From assembly GCA_964016885.1 (NCBI GenBank), contig OZ024742.1, positions 336,598,001 to 336,662,000 on the forward strand: a DNA stretch of 64,000 nucleotides, written 5' to 3'. The DNA comes from Eledone cirrhosa. Its lineage: Eukaryota. The notes beneath the pieces were generated by a model, which ran no database searches, was not told where the DNA came from, and saw only the letters and a program-made list of their open reading frames with translations. The position numbers and the translations under genes were made by a program. Of this stretch, positions 11,773 to 28,147 are shown piece after piece. The number at the start of each line of letters is the position of its first letter. The first letter of the stretch is position 1.

Positions 11773-14700
11773 GTGGCCAATATAAGAGTTGGATGTGTGA
11801 ATGCACGCGGCCTGGGGATGTCCTGGAAACAGGGCAAACTCTTAAATGACCTCAGGTCGCGCAGAGTGGATGTAATGGTTATTTGCGAGTCCAAGATCAG
11901 CAGCGAGCGCCATCTGGCCCCCATCTTCGACGACTTTGAGATCTACGCATCTCTCTGTCAGCCGAGGGGTGGGGTGGGGTTGTTGTTCTGCTGCGAAAAT
12001 ACCTGGGTCTTGCCACACAGAAAGTACACCTGGACCCGGAGGGTTGACTGGTGGTTTTAGACGTCGGCAGTGGTGAAGGTGGAGCTTTCAGGCTGGTGGC
12101 AGCGTATGCCCCATCTGGGACACCACGACCGGACTTCTTCCGACGCCTGGAGAATTTCCTGGGAACGTCTCGCTCCTTGCTTTTAATGGTATCCTGGATG
12201 CACGTTGGGACTATGTAGGGGCATGTCCCGATAGAGGGGGGTGTAACAGCCTCAAACGATTAATCGGCCGATTTGATCTGGCCGATAGATATCGACTAGA
12301 TTTTCCTGCTGTGCCACTGTGGACGTGGACTAATCTCAGCGGAACATCTAGGTCGTACCTAGATAGGTTCCTAGTTAGAAATAAGGATAGGGACATATTA
12401 AGCTGTCCACGAATGTTCATGGTTGACTATTCGGATCACAAGTTGGTGACCGGAGTGGTCAACCTTGATAGAACTCATAGACAGGGACCCGGTTACTGGA
12501 AGCTAAACTTGTCTTTACCGACAAACAAAGCTTACAGTAAGCGGATTAGCACACTAGTTAAGCAGCGTTTGACGGGGGGCAATTGTCAACAGCAGGTGGT
12601 GGGGCTCTCTCAAGAGAGAAATTAGAATAGAATCGATAGGTTTTCGTCGGGAATTAGCATCAGATAGGAATAGAACTGAAAGGGAATTAACAAATAGAGT
12701 AGAAGAGGCGATTATGAGTGGCAACGTGGCCGGTGTGCTGGCGTCAAGAACGGCCCTAGACCAGTTCTTTGATGCGAAGCACGAGGGCTGCGTTGTCAGG
12801 AGTAAAATACGTGCTCTGGGTAACGAGGGAGCCAAAGCTGTTAGCTGGGCCCGAGTGACAGAGGCAAAAAGTGGAAACAAGTCCACGATTCGGTCTTTGA
12901 AGGACCAGGATGGACGCGTGATCCTTGAACCTGAGCGGATGAGCGCGGCCTTTCAACGGCGCTTTGCACGACTGTTCGGGAGGGGCGGAGGGCCGAGTGG
13001 GGCCATGGATTTCGGTCCATACTTCGACGGTATGGCGCGGCTCTAGGACGGGAAGGCGAAGTCCTGCGAGAGGCCGATTTCAGCCGCTGAAATAGGGGAA
13101 GCGCTGAGCCAATGCGGCAAACGCAAATCTCCGGGTCTCGATGGTCTACCATACGAACTTTATGTAGCGATGCCGGGCTTGTTCTCCGGTCTCCGCGAGA
13201 CGGTCTACTGCAACTGGCAACAGAACGGGAGAATTCCCAGTTCTGTGACCAAGGGCGTAGTCACGCTGGTGAGGAAGGACGAGAACAAAGGGGATGACAT
13301 AGATAACTTCAGGCCCATAACTCTGCTAAACACAGAGTTAAAAATTTTGGCCAAGGTGTTAGCGAAGAGGTTGGCGCTTGTCGTCGGGAACCTGGTGGGA
13401 GAAGCGCAGACATGCGCAATCCCGTCCAGGTCCATACACGACAACCTCCACCTCATGCGATACATCGTAGAGAGGGTAGGGAACGAACCCGGCTTTGGGG
13501 GAGCCCTGATCAACTTGGATCAATCTAAGGCGTTCGATAGAGTTGACCATCGGTACCTGGATGCGGTGCTCGCGGCGGCAGGCTTCGGACCCGTTATCAG
13601 GGGCTGGATTGCTGCAATGCACAGCAACAACACCTGCTCGAGGGTCAAGGTGAACGGCTACCTCTCGGAGCCGTTCCAAATCACGCGATCCATCCGACAG
13701 GGATGCCCTCTCTCCTCCCTCCTGTATGTGGTGGCTCTCGAGCCACTACTACGGAAGCTGGAGCTGTTACAGGGCATCCCCTTGGAACCGGGATTGCGGA
13801 AAGCGGTGTCGGCCTACGCCTATGACGTGACAGTAATGGTGTCGTGCGCCTCGGAAATCGGGCAGATCGGCACCTTACTGGAGGAATATGAAAAGTTCAC
13901 AGGAGCCAAGCTGAACCGGAACAAGTCCGTCGGTTTGCAACTCGGGATGTGGAGGGGCAAAACGATGCCCTCCGACGGCATCGTCGGACGCTGGACGGAG
14001 GGACCGGTGAAGCTGCTCGGGGTCTGCTTCGGACCGGACCTACAGGTGGAGAAAAACTGGGACGAGGTAACGGGCAAGGTGTTTGCACTCGCCCAGAAGT
14101 GGGCCGAGTGCAAACTATCCCTGAAAGGTCGAGCGGAGGTGGCGAACGCTTATATAGCGTCCGTCATCTACTACCGCTTGACCGTCGTACCTTGCCCAGA
14201 GAAAACACTCGCCAAAATGGAGCGCGCGCTCTTCCGATTTCTTTGGAAGAAGCGGGCTCCTTTGGTGAGAAGATCCATCTGCTGTCAACACCCTTCGAAC
14301 GGAGGGCTGGGGGTGCCGTGGCTGACGATGCGTAGACACGCATTAAGGCTACGGCACCTCCAGGTATTCCTCACCGGTCAGCCGGTGTGGGCCCTGTTTG
14401 TGAGGCGAGCCTTTCCGAGACTCGTCTCACTCACCGAGCTGCAATCCTGGGTCAAGCAAAGACCGAGAAAAGTGGGCGACTGGCACATTGAATGTGCCCA
14501 GGCGCTCACGGCCCTCTGGCAAGCGGATCCGGCAATCTGTGGAGACTCAACCTCAACATTCTATAGAGGGTTGGTGCGCAGTAAGTGCGACGCCGCTCTC
14601 GGAGAGGCTCTGGGAATGGAGGAAGACGAGCTGGCCAGTCTGTTCGGTAGGACGTTTGGCCCGGGACCGATGGACAACTTCCAAAAGTCCCTGGCTTGGC

Positions 14701-15196
14701 AATGTTACCGAGGAGCTCTACCCGTTCGGGACAAGCTCTACAGACACGGGCGCCCGGGTAGGGACTCCTCGAAGAAGATCTGTCCGAGATGCGTGCGTGA
14801 CGAGGAAACTGTCGCACACGCATTCATACACTTCCCGGGCGTTGCTGACCTGTGGGGCTATGTGGAACGACTACTGTCGCAGGTGGGACCAATCCGGTTG
14901 ACCACCGAGAACATTGTCACGATCAAACCGCCTCCCCTTTCAAAAACGAAGGAGAGGCGGTTTTCCTCTGTGTGATAGCCATGGCGAAAGAAGTTGTATG
15001 GTGGACAAGGTTGAAAGGGCTGAGGTCAGACACCTTTCTCTCCGGCCAACAACTGGTCTTTTTTTTCAAGTACCACTTTAGAAGAAGGATCAGAATGGAG
15101 AGAGAGGTGCGCTACCCCAGCAAGTTTTATGAAAGATGGGTGAAAGTAGCGAGAATGGCCCGAGTGAATGGGCCTTCTCTCTATATCAGCCTGTAG
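11773..15196 (+). pseudogene. Tx1 ORF2 (AP endonuclease + reverse transcriptase + C-terminal zinc finger), disrupted
   Basis: APE motifs VNARGL, YLDRFLV, SDHKLV, GYWKLN. RT motifs FRPITLLNTELKIL, LDQSKAFDRV, RQGCPLS, YAYD (YADD mutated). CPRC..EETVAH. Several frameshifts and stops. Confidence 0.92.
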
Positions 15197-15889
15197 GTGA
15201 GAGAGGAGAAGAATGAGAAGAGGAAGGAAGCACCCGCTCTTTGTGCTCCTGAAAAGGAGGGTTGCACATTTTTTCGGGGGTGTGTGCGACCCATGTCAAC
15301 GCCCCTCCCTATTGAGGACATCGATTGTTAAATTTAATTTGTTATATGTTTTTTACACGTCTTTTTAAATGTATGTAAACTCCCCCCTTTGTATTTGTCC
15401 CAATCTTTGATACCCTGGTGGCAAATAAATAGAAATCTATATCAATAAGCATCAATCTCTCTCCCTCTGTATATCTAATATACAACACACTCACCCAAAC
15501 TCCCTCTTTAAGTCAATTGCCACCAAACTCTCCCCCTCTCTATATCTCAATCTTTCTCTCTCTACATAAAATGCACTTAAATTGTAACGGATATACAAAT
15601 AATGTGTTTTGGTAGGTTGGGGAGAAAAATATAACTATTGGGGGAAGTGGTGACGTGGCCGTCCAGACCCCCCCCCCCCCGTTCCACGGCCGCTGATATA
15701 TATATGTGTGAATGTTTAATTGGGTGTGTTAACGAAGCCTCTACTACGCTGATGGCACTGAAAATATTCAGGCAATAAACTCGGGTGAAGGAAGAGAGAG
15801 TAAAGGTTGAGTGGGGAAAAGAAAGAACCAGAGATAATGTTACATTGGAAACATTTATCGGTCCCCGTATTTCGGATGTGCCATCCATT

Positions 15890-16205
15890 GTCAATGGGGT
15901 CCGTAGGAAAGTTCGAATGACAGCGTATTAGTTGATTCGATCAACAGAAGAGTCTGTTTCGAAATTCCACAGACGTGTGTACTCTTAAAGCAGTTCTCGG
16001 GGAAATTCAGTTTGACACATTGTGTGACATTGCTAGCTCTTTGAATTCTGTTATTTCGATTCCTTGATACGATTCATTTCCACTAGTTGAATAGACTGGA
16101 AAAGATTGAAATATGTCTTGCTGAAGAACACATCGCAACGCCGGGAATCGAACTCACGATCTTGCAATCGTGCCCCTAATACTCTAACACTAAGCCACGC
16201 GGCTT
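15890..16205 (-). mobile_element. tRNA-derived CORE-type SINE, degraded
   Basis: Reverse-complement head gcgtggcttagtg...gtgagttcgattcccgg; body matches 26656-26948. Confidence 0.7.
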
Positions 16206-16447
16206 TATTCATTTATTAGCTGGTGACAATGTCGAATGACAAAGTGGATAAAGAATGGGTTACGTGGTTGAGAGGTTGGCTTAGTAATCACGTTGTCTCA
16301 TTCCAGATTTGATCCCTATCTACTACGTTAAAGGTGATCGTGTCTGTGGAATGCTCAGCCACTTGCACGTTAATTTCACAAGCAGGTTCTGTTATTTAGA
16401 CAATTGTAGCATTTGTCGTTGAAAATGACAGAAAACGCATACACACA

Positions 16448-16487
<40 letters not shown>

Positions 16488-17004
16488 CACGGACACGGAC
16501 GCACACACGCGCGCGCGCACACACATACACGGACACACACACACACGCAAGCGCGTATGTTTATAAGTGTGTGTGTCTGCGAGAATATGTACGCAATGTG
16601 TGTGTACTGTTGTTGTTTATCTTTGTATTGTTTGTATGATTCATTTGTTTATGTGTTTACTTGTTTGTGTATTGATGGACTTCGGCTAATCTGTCAGTGA
16701 TGCCATGTGGTGATAGCTAGTCGCTCTTGGGCCAAGTTTCGTTTTAGTTTATCTTTCACGGACGAATATTGATAAGAAACCAAAACGAAGTCAGGCCAAA
16801 ACAACAATAATACCAAGAATGATAATAATAGTGGTGGTTCTAGTGAGGGTGATATTTTAATGGTGATATTTTAATCCTATCCATTCCGGCAACCGACGAC
16901 TTTTACGTAAATTTTTAACGATAATATTTTTTCCTGTCCTGGCGCCAAATAGTCTAGAATAAAAAAAAAAGATAATGCGCGCATGAGCATGCTCAAATAT
17001 AATA

Positions 17005-17037
<33 letters not shown>

Positions 17038-17039
17038 TC

Positions 17040-20000
17040 AGTTATTAGGAGTATTCCAAAGCTTGGTAGAACAAGTTGTGAGGAAAGTTCTCAACATACG
17101 TTAAGGTGACTCGACAGGCTGGTAGGGATTCTGTAGTGGAAACACGAACAAACGAGGAGTGTAATCAAAGAAGAGAAATAGGACGAAGGTAAACAGTTAC
17201 AAAAGAATTTAATCCTCGTATTAACAATTGTTTCATCAGAATTTCAGTCCATTATTGCTACACTATGTTATAATACGCAATCAAGAAAGATACTGTAGCA
17301 TCCGAATTTTCAAAATACAAAGTTGGAATGACCTTAGGAAATGAAATAAGGGGTAGTAGTGTAAGATAGAGGAACAGAGAGAGAGAGGGGCAAAAGAGAG
17401 GGAGAGAGAGAAAAGGGATAGAGGTAGGGAGAGAAAGAGAGGGAGAGAGAGAAAAGGGATAGAGGTAGGGAGAGAAAGAGAAAGAGATAGTGTGGTGTGA
17501 GAGGATTTGTATAGGGAGGGGGGGAGGGTTGTGTGCTAAAAGTTGTGATGAGTAGAGGGAGAGAGAAGGAAGATAGAATTTTAAGAGGCATTTGGAAGTG
17601 GACAGGCGAAAGTCTTACCAGAGAACAGATGAGGGAAGAAAGTATTAAATTTCATATATAGTCTATTTTTAGGGATGTAGAATTGTTTTTTAGGGTAGAA
17701 GGATAGGTAGTGTTAGGATTTGGTTGAAGGTTTGAAGTGTGAGAATTTCTCTTTCAGTTTATGCTGGCAAAAAATTGACCTTTCAATTTTGTTGTTGAGT
17801 AGTTGGTGGCTTGAGCTTAGGATATGGAAGAGCTCATTATTACACAACGGGCACGTTTTCATCCCACTCCGGTATGGAGGAGCATGTGAGAGTTTGGTCC
17901 ATTTAAGGGTGTATTGTCGGTTACTCCCTTTTAAGTGCCAAATTTTGTCGGCGAGAGTCGTTACGTAACAGTGTTGGTGGTGCTTTATTGCGTAACGATG
18001 CGTGTACCAATGAGTTTTGAAGGTGTTTGCAGTGCTGCCTCTGTAGTGCCAGGTTTGGTTGTCCGACTCAACCGAGCACCTGTACACTAGGTTTGAATGC
18101 AAACATTCGTTATTCAATGGACAAGTCTCTGGAAGGTGGCAATTACAATTTCTGTTATGGGCAGTGGTGGAGTTATAGGTGGGCTGGGATGTGTGTGTGA
18201 GTGTGTTTTGTGCATACTGATTGTTAGTGGGTGGTTGTGTATTAGGTGTATTATTGTGTTGAGTGATTGGGGTGTTGTTGTTACGGAGTTTTTTGGCGTT
18301 GAGCATCTTAATGTGTGCGTCTAGGTTTGGTGCAGTGGAATAAGATAGTCTAATTGTTTTGGTATTAAGTATACTACTATATTTATGTGAATTTGGAAAG
18401 TGTTTTTTTTATAATTTTGTAGAATGTGGAAGGTAAGTTAGAGCTAATAGAAGAGTTAAAAATAGGATTATACCAAATGTAAGATCTACTCCGTGTTCTG
18501 TTTTGCTTTGATGTTGCTGTTGTATTTGTGGTGTGGTTAGTATTAGGGGTCTAGGTGCGTGTGTGCGGGTGTTTGTGGGGCGTTTGGCGTGTCTGTGGTT
18601 ATGTGCTTTATGGTTGTGTGGGTCCATGTATTCTAGTTTGTCGGTGTGGCCAGCCCGTTCTAATGCAGTGTTGTAGTATTCAGCGTGTTGATCGAATATT
18701 TGTTGGTTAGATGAGAGGCGGGATACTCTAAGTGATATACTATGTGGCACGGACCTTATAATAGATGGTGGGTGGTTATAGCTAGTGTGGAAGTAGGTGA
18801 GGTTCTCATTGTTTTTGTGAAAGGGTGTGATAATTTGGGTGTTGAGGTTGAAGGTGGCATCTAGGAAGTTAACTATTTTGGTACTATATTCGTAGGTGAT
18901 TTTAAGGCCAAGGCTATCTAGGGTTCTTCTAATGCTCTTACGGGTTCGTTCTATGTTGTGTTTATTCATGTTTTTAACTAATAGGAGAGCGTCATCTCTA
19001 TATATTCCGCCTTGAAGGTAACTAACTTTATTATGTAAGGTGTGGGCTATGTATATACCAACAATATCCGTAACTTGTGCTGAGTCATTAGCACCCATAG
19101 TTATGTCAAAGTTATCTATTCTATCCTTACGTATCCAAAAGTTATTTTCAAATTTAATTATCGTCTTTCTAGCTGCTAGGATAATGTTTATTTCGTCGTC
19201 GGTTAAGTCAGAGTTGGCTTTCGCAAATTCTAGTGCCTTGTTTAGAGTATCGAGTGATATGGAGGAGTAATAGTCATTAATGTCGAATTGTATAAAGTTA
19301 GAGGTATTTTTGTTATCTATACTATTAAACCATTTAATTGTGTCGCTAGTAAGTATTGTCCCAAAGTTTAATAACTAGTTTATTCCTTAATTGTATTATT
19401 ATTCTATCTAAAATATGCTTGCTAATTTTACCTATGTCTGACTTAGATGGGCATATTAATCTAATAGTGGGTTTATCTAGGAAATCTAATTTGTGGTCCT
19501 TAAGATTAAAGGTGGGGGTGCAAGTTGTCATGGGCTCAGTTCTATCTTCAAGTTCTAGACTTTTGACAATATGGTGTGCTTGTTTGTTGATGTTAAGTAG
19601 TGCTTTGTTATTGGTTTTCTTATATTTTTTATGTAATTCCTTTCGTATAAGGTCGTGGTAAGTATTAATGTCCATTGTGTACACGTTAGATGTTTTATCC
19701 GCTTTGACAATAATCCCGTTAGTGGTGCGCAGCTTGTTTAGAAAGGTATCCATGTCTTTATGAAGCTTGTTGGTTTTGAACTTCTTGTATTTAGTATTCA
19801 TGACCATTTTAAGTAAGTCCTGTTCGAAGGTGTCCAGTAGAGGGTTAGTGGGTGGGTTTTTACAGGAGTTGAACCCATATGTATTCTTTCCAGAGTTCGC
19901 GGTATAATCCTTACGTCCTTTGTCGAAGTGGAATGTTTTCCATCTGACGCGGCGTAAAAGGGAGTAACCGAGAATACACCCTTAAATGGACCAAACTCTC

Positions 20001-20687
20001 ACATGCTCCTCCATACCGGAGTGGGATGAAAACGTGCCCATTTGTGTAATAATGAGCTCTTCCATATCCTAAGCTCAAGCCACCAACTACTCAACAACAA
20101 AATTGAAAGGTTAATTTTTTGCCAGCATAAACTGAAAGCGAAATTCTCACACTTCAAACTTTCAACCAAATCCTAACACTACCTATCTTTCTACCCTAAA
20201 AAACAATTCTACATCCCTAAAAATAGACTATATATGAAATTTAATACTTTCTTCCTTCATCTGTTCTCTGGTAAGACTTTCGCCTGTCCACTTCCAAATG
20301 CCTCTTAAAATTCTATCTTCCTTCTCTCTCCCTCTACTCATCACAACTTTCAGCACACAACCCTCCTCCCCTCCCTATACAAATCCTCTCACACCACACT
20401 ATTTCTTTCTCTTTCTTCCCTACCTCTATCCTTTTTCTCTCTCTCTCTCCCTCTCTTTTGCCCCTCTCTCTCTCTCTCTGTTCCTCTATCTTACACTACT
20501 ACCCCTTATTTCATTTCCTAAGGTCATTCCAACTTTGTATTTTGAAAATTCGGATGCTACAGTATCTTTCTTGATTGCGTATTATAACATAGTGTAGCAA
20601 TAATGGACTGAAATTCTGATGAAACAATTGTTAATACGTGGATTAAATTCTTTTGTAACTGTTTACCTTCATCCTATTTATCTTCTT

Positions 20688-20691
<4 letters not shown>
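17040..20691 (-). mobile_element. Penelope-like retroelement, 5'-truncated, with ~740 bp inverted copy of its 3' end
   Basis: RT-GIY-YIG ORF on the minus strand; 19955-20691 is the reverse complement of 17165-17933; (TA)n at both ends. Confidence 0.92.
17713..19954 (-). pseudogene. PLE polyprotein (RT + C-terminal GIY-YIG endonuclease), disrupted
   Basis: RRVRWK, VKADKTSNVY, FIQFDINDYYSSI, MGANDSAQ, IYRDD, VNFLDATF, NHPP, CNC..CPL..ECL..NLVY..WHYRGST, CPLC; in-frame TAG at 19346 and a frameshift near 18400. Confidence 0.9.
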
Positions 20692-21468
<777 letters not shown>

Positions 21469-21529
21469 CATATATATATATACATACATATATACATATA
21501 TATATATATACATATATACATATATATAT

Positions 21530-22200
<671 letters not shown>

Positions 22201-22260
22201 ACGGCTGAGTAGTCCAAGTTGCACACCGAGTGGGGTAATCGGCCGGGTGCACCGAAAACG

Positions 22261-22360
22261 ATAACCGGAAAAAATGAAACGAAATTTCATGTACATACTT
22301 ATATTTAAGTAACAGCCGTACTAAGAGTGGGAAATGAAATTTCGTTTCATTTTTTCCGTT

Positions 22361-22361
<1 letters not shown>
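22261..22361 (+). mobile_element. Mini fold-back: 3' terminus of the 45656 family with a 30-bp inverted copy
   Basis: 22261-22290 is the reverse complement of 22334-22361; 22291-22361 matches 46013-46085. Confidence 0.7.
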
Positions 22362-22398
<37 letters not shown>

Positions 22399-22401
22399 CA
22401 T

Positions 22402-22558
<157 letters not shown>

Positions 22559-22566
22559 TTTATATA

Positions 22567-22604
<38 letters not shown>

Positions 22605-22618
22605 CATATATTTATATA

Positions 22619-23356
<738 letters not shown>

Positions 23357-23386
23357 ATACATATATATATATATATACATACATAT

Positions 23387-23519
<133 letters not shown>

Positions 23520-23980
23520 TATCTAAATGTTTCTTCTCTCTTCATAATGTATTTTTAACTCTGATACTGGTTCAGTCTAGTTCAAACTGAATTGGTCTGT
23601 CCCAGTCATTCATTGAGCAACATCGGTGAAGTTGGCACCCTTAACTCACAGTTGGGTGCGGATGCATTCATGTATATATGTGTGTGTCCGCATGTATCTG
23701 TGTGTTTCTAAATATATTAATAACTCCCTCTGGTCGAGCAATCTTTGAGGTGTGGGGACAACTGGAAAGCTTCCATTACTCATACTTCTCGCCTTCTTCA
23801 CTACCTCTTCTACGGCCTCGATATGAATACCCCCTCCGCCTCCGTGGTATTTTCTTCGTTGTTATAAGAGGCTTAGCTCTGTTTTTCGACCGTTATATCG
23901 CGTGACTATCTCCCCCTCCGCCTTTTGGGATTCTTTCTCACGTCGTGTGGACGCGTTCTTGAGACTAGTAAAATGAGGTA

Positions 23981-24068
23981 TCCTCTTGATAAGTCGGCAG
24001 ACCTCGCAAGGACTCTATATCTTTGATATATTGTTTTTGTTTATGCCACGAAACTACGTAGTCGAGGA
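23981..24068 (+). ncRNA. Type I hammerhead ribozyme, U3-A8 core variant (unit 1)
   Basis: tcctc TTGATAA gt(c)ggca...tgccac GAAA c tacgta GTC gagga; predicted cut after 24063. Confidence 0.75.
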
Positions 24069-24571
24069 ATTTAGGAACAGTTTAGGTATGATACATTTTA
24101 TTACTAATTATATCTAAATGTTTCTTCTCTCTTCATAATGTATTTTTAACTCTGATACTGGTTCAGTCTAGTTCAAACTGAATTGGTCTGTCCCAGTCAT
24201 TCATTGAGCAACATCGGTGAAGTTGGCACCCTTAACTCACAGTTGGGTGCGGATGCATTCATGTATATATGTGTGTGTCCGCATGTATCTGTGTGTTTCT
24301 AAATATATTAATAACTCCCTCTGGTCGAGCAATCTTTGAGGTGTGGGGACAACTGGAAAGCTTCCATTACTCATACTTCTCGCCTTCTTCACTACCTCTT
24401 CTACGGCCTCGATATGAATACCCCCTCCGCCTCCGTGGTATTTTCTTCGTTGTTATAAGAGGCTTAGCTCTGTTTTTCGACCGTTAAATCGCGTGACTAT
24501 CTCCCCCTCCGCCTTTTGGGATTCTTTCTCACGTCGTGTGGACGCGTTCTTGAGACTAGTAAAATGAGGTA

Positions 24572-24659
24572 TCCTCTTGATAAGTCGGCAGACCTCGCAA
24601 GGACTCTATATCTTTGATATATTGTTTTTGTTTATGCCACGAAACTACGTAGTCGAGGA
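24572..24659 (+). ncRNA. Type I hammerhead ribozyme, U3-A8 core variant (unit 2)
   Basis: Same motif, +591 bp. Confidence 0.75.
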
Positions 24660-25162
24660 ATTTAGGAACAGTTTAGGTATGATACATTTTATTACTAATT
24701 ATATCTAAATGTTTCTTCTCTCTTCATAATGTATTTTTAACTCTGATACTGGTTCAGTCTAGTTCAAACTGAATTGGTCTGTCCCAGTCATTCATTGAGC
24801 AACATCGGTGAAGTTGGCACCCTTAACTCACAGTTGGGTGCGGATGCATTCATGTATATATGTGTGTGTCCGCATGTATCTGTGTGTTTCTAAATATATT
24901 AATAACTCCCTCTGGTCGAGCAATCTTTGAGGTGTGGGGACAACTGGAAAGCTTCCATTACTCATACTTCTCGCCTTCTTCACTACCTCTTCTACGGCCT
25001 CGATATGAATACCCCCTCCGCCTCCGTGGTATTTTCTTCGTTGTTATAAGAGGCTTAGCTCTGTTTTTCGACCGTTATATCGCGTGACTATCTCCCCCTC
25101 CGCCTTTTGGGATTCTTTCTCACGTCGTGTGGACGCGTTCTTGAGACTAGTAAAATGAGGTA

Positions 25163-25250
25163 TCCTCTTGATAAGTCGGCAGACCTCGCAAGGACTCTAT
25201 ATCTTTGATATATTGTTTTTGTTTATGCCACGAAACTACGTAGTCGAGGA
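25163..25250 (+). ncRNA. Type I hammerhead ribozyme, U3-A8 core variant (unit 3)
   Basis: Same motif, +1182 bp. Confidence 0.75.
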
Positions 25251-25313
25251 ATTTAGGAACAGTTTAGGTATGATACATTTTATTACTAATTATATCTAAA
25301 TGTTTCTTCTCTC

Positions 25314-25397
<84 letters not shown>

Positions 25398-25408
25398 TTT
25401 ATATATAT

Positions 25409-25945
<537 letters not shown>

Positions 25946-26002
25946 TATTAGTATATATATTATACTTGTGTGTAAATAACCTCCCTACACAAACACTCCC
26001 GC

Positions 26003-26108
<106 letters not shown>

Positions 26109-26126
26109 TATTAAATTAGTATAAAT

Positions 26127-26470
26127 ACAGACTGTGTAACTGAGACCGCACCAATGTGTATACATATATATATATATACACATATGTAATATGTAGGCAT
26201 AAACATCTTTAGTCGATATTCGGATCTTATTGGACCCTCATCAGAAGACGTGTGTATCACCAGTTACCCAGAGGGAATCGTGTATTTGTTCGATATGTAT
26301 ATTCATTCGCACTTAGTATTATTCTGAAATGGACGTACTAATTTGCATATAATTAGCATTCATGCTGGTAATTAATTAAGATATATAGTAAAAAGTGCGT
26401 TAGCAGCCGAAGTATATGATATCTGTATATATACAGATTGTGTAGTCGAGACTGCACCAATATGTATAAG
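26127..26470 (-). mobile_element. ~307 bp monomer with terminal direct repeat and decayed HHR (26204-26250)
   Basis: cagactgtgtaactgagaccgcaccaatgtgtata ~ cagattgtgtagtcgagactgcaccaatatgtata. Reverse complement of the HHR: cgtctt CTGATGA gggtc caataa gatcc GAAt atcgaCTA aagatg. Confidence 0.6.
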
Positions 26471-26512
26471 TACATACACATATTTATCTATCTCTCCCTC
26501 CCTCTATTTATA

Positions 26513-26612
26513 CAGGGTGTCCCAAAAAATGTATACATACTTCGATTACCTGTACAGGCAATATTTATTAGAATGCTGTTGAAGTGTGTATACATTTTAG
26601 GAGGACACCCTG
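26513..26612. mobile_element. Tc1/mariner-type MITE
   Basis: ~30-bp TIRs CAGGGTGTCC...AAAATGTATACA / TGTATACATTTT...GGACACCCTG, with TA on both sides. Confidence 0.8.
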
Positions 26613-26655
26613 TATATATAGATGTATGTGTGTTATATGCTTGTGTGTATGTACT

Positions 26656-26948
26656 GACACTTTGTCGGTTACGACGACGAGTTTTCCAGTTGATACGAAC
26701 AACGGAACAGCCTGCTGGTGAAATTAACGTACATGTGGCTGAGCATTCCACAGGCACGTAATTCTCAGGGAGATTCAGCATTACACAGAATGTGACAAGG
26801 CTGGCCCTTCGCATTTTTGCAAGCTGGGTAGACTGGAGGAACGTGAAATAAAGTGTTTTGCTCAAGGATACAACGCACCGCCGGCAATCGAACTCACGAC
26901 CTTACGATTGTGAGTCGAATACCCTAACTACAAAGCCACGCGTCTTCA
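26656..26948 (-). mobile_element. tRNA-derived CORE SINE, near full length
   Basis: Reverse complement shows A and B boxes, then CCTTGAGCAAAACACTTTATTTCACGTT.CTCCAGTC.AC.CAGCT (CORE domain). Confidence 0.8.
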
Positions 26949-27594
26949 CTCTGTGTTTAAGTATATGTAAAACAAACTAACTACTTTATCAGACAACACC
27001 ATTTCAGCGAATGAGGTTTCCATTAAAAATAAAGTAAAATACACGAAGGCGAGGGGGAATAAAATTCAAATGAAAGGTGTTTTCTCTCACAGTAAATGTT
27101 AAAAGATAACATTCATACATTTTTTGTTCGACATTTCCTCATTTATATTTTAGCTATTTTATTATATTTACTACAATATTTCCTATAACTACAAATTTTG
27201 TACCCAACTAATGAAAACACTAAACAGTCCTCTTTTTAATCTCGTCTGCCAAGAGAAATGTTTCATTTTTTCCTTCTTTAATTCGTATTTAAATGGCTAT
27301 TAAATTTCTTTTTGTTTGTTCCTTGCTCTTTACTGATTCTTTGTGGCTTGATGTTCGTTTGCTTGTTCTTCTTCTTCTTCTTCTTCTTCTTCTACTACTA
27401 CTACTGTTTCTTGTTCTCTGTATATATGTGTATGTGTGTATGTAATACAGAAAGAATATGCCATGTACAACTTGTATAGATGTATGTCCACTGCTCAGAG
27501 TTCAGGGCATTTGCTAATAATTTCCATCATTTGCCCCAGGAGCAACATAAATATACAACATTTAAATACAGTAAAGAATTATGTTGAACCTCCC

Positions 27595-27917
27595 TCTATT
27601 CTGACGACGACGATGGTTCCAATTTTTCGAACAGCGGAACAGACTTCTAGCGAAATTAACGTGCAAGTGGCTGAGCATTCCACAATAATATTCACTCGCA
27701 ACGTAGTTTTCATGGAGAGTCAGCTTGACACAGTGTTTGACAAGGCTGTAGTTTTGAATTACAGGCACAGTTCATTTTTGCCAGCTGCCAATTGAATGGA
27801 TTGGAACAACGTGAAACAAAGTATTTTGCTCAAAGAGACAATGTGCCACCAGGAGTCGAACTCACGACATTACAATCGTGAGCTTAACACCCTAACTACT
27901 AAGCTTCCCGTGTTCAC
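27595..27917 (-). mobile_element. tRNA-derived CORE SINE
   Basis: Homologous to 26656-26948. Confidence 0.75.
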
Positions 27918-27942
27918 TGTAGGGAATTAGATCTCAATAAAT

Positions 27943-28147
27943 GATTTCTAGTATAGGCCAAAGGCCAGTAATTTGGGGGAAGGGGAAAGTCGACTAAATC
28001 GACCCAGTACGTTACTGGTGCTTTATTTTATCAACCCCGTAAGGATGAAAGGCAAAGTTAACCTCGGCGGGATTTGAAGTTAGACCGTAAAGGACCGTAA
28101 CTCTACGCTGCAAAGCATGGTGTCCGACTCTACCGATACTGCCCTAC
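27943..28147 (-). mobile_element. Meta-domain SINE
   Basis: Family match; flanked by direct repeat agatctcaataaa. Confidence 0.8.

Larger units (their letters stand above)
9705..15436 (+). mobile_element. Near full-length L1/Tx1-clade non-LTR retrotransposon, inactivated
   Basis: 5' UTR, ORF1 with CCHC knuckle, ORF2 with APE-RT-zinc finger, 3' end ggcaaataaatagaaa; flanked by ctatatcaat (9693-9702 and 15437-15446). Confidence 0.9.
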
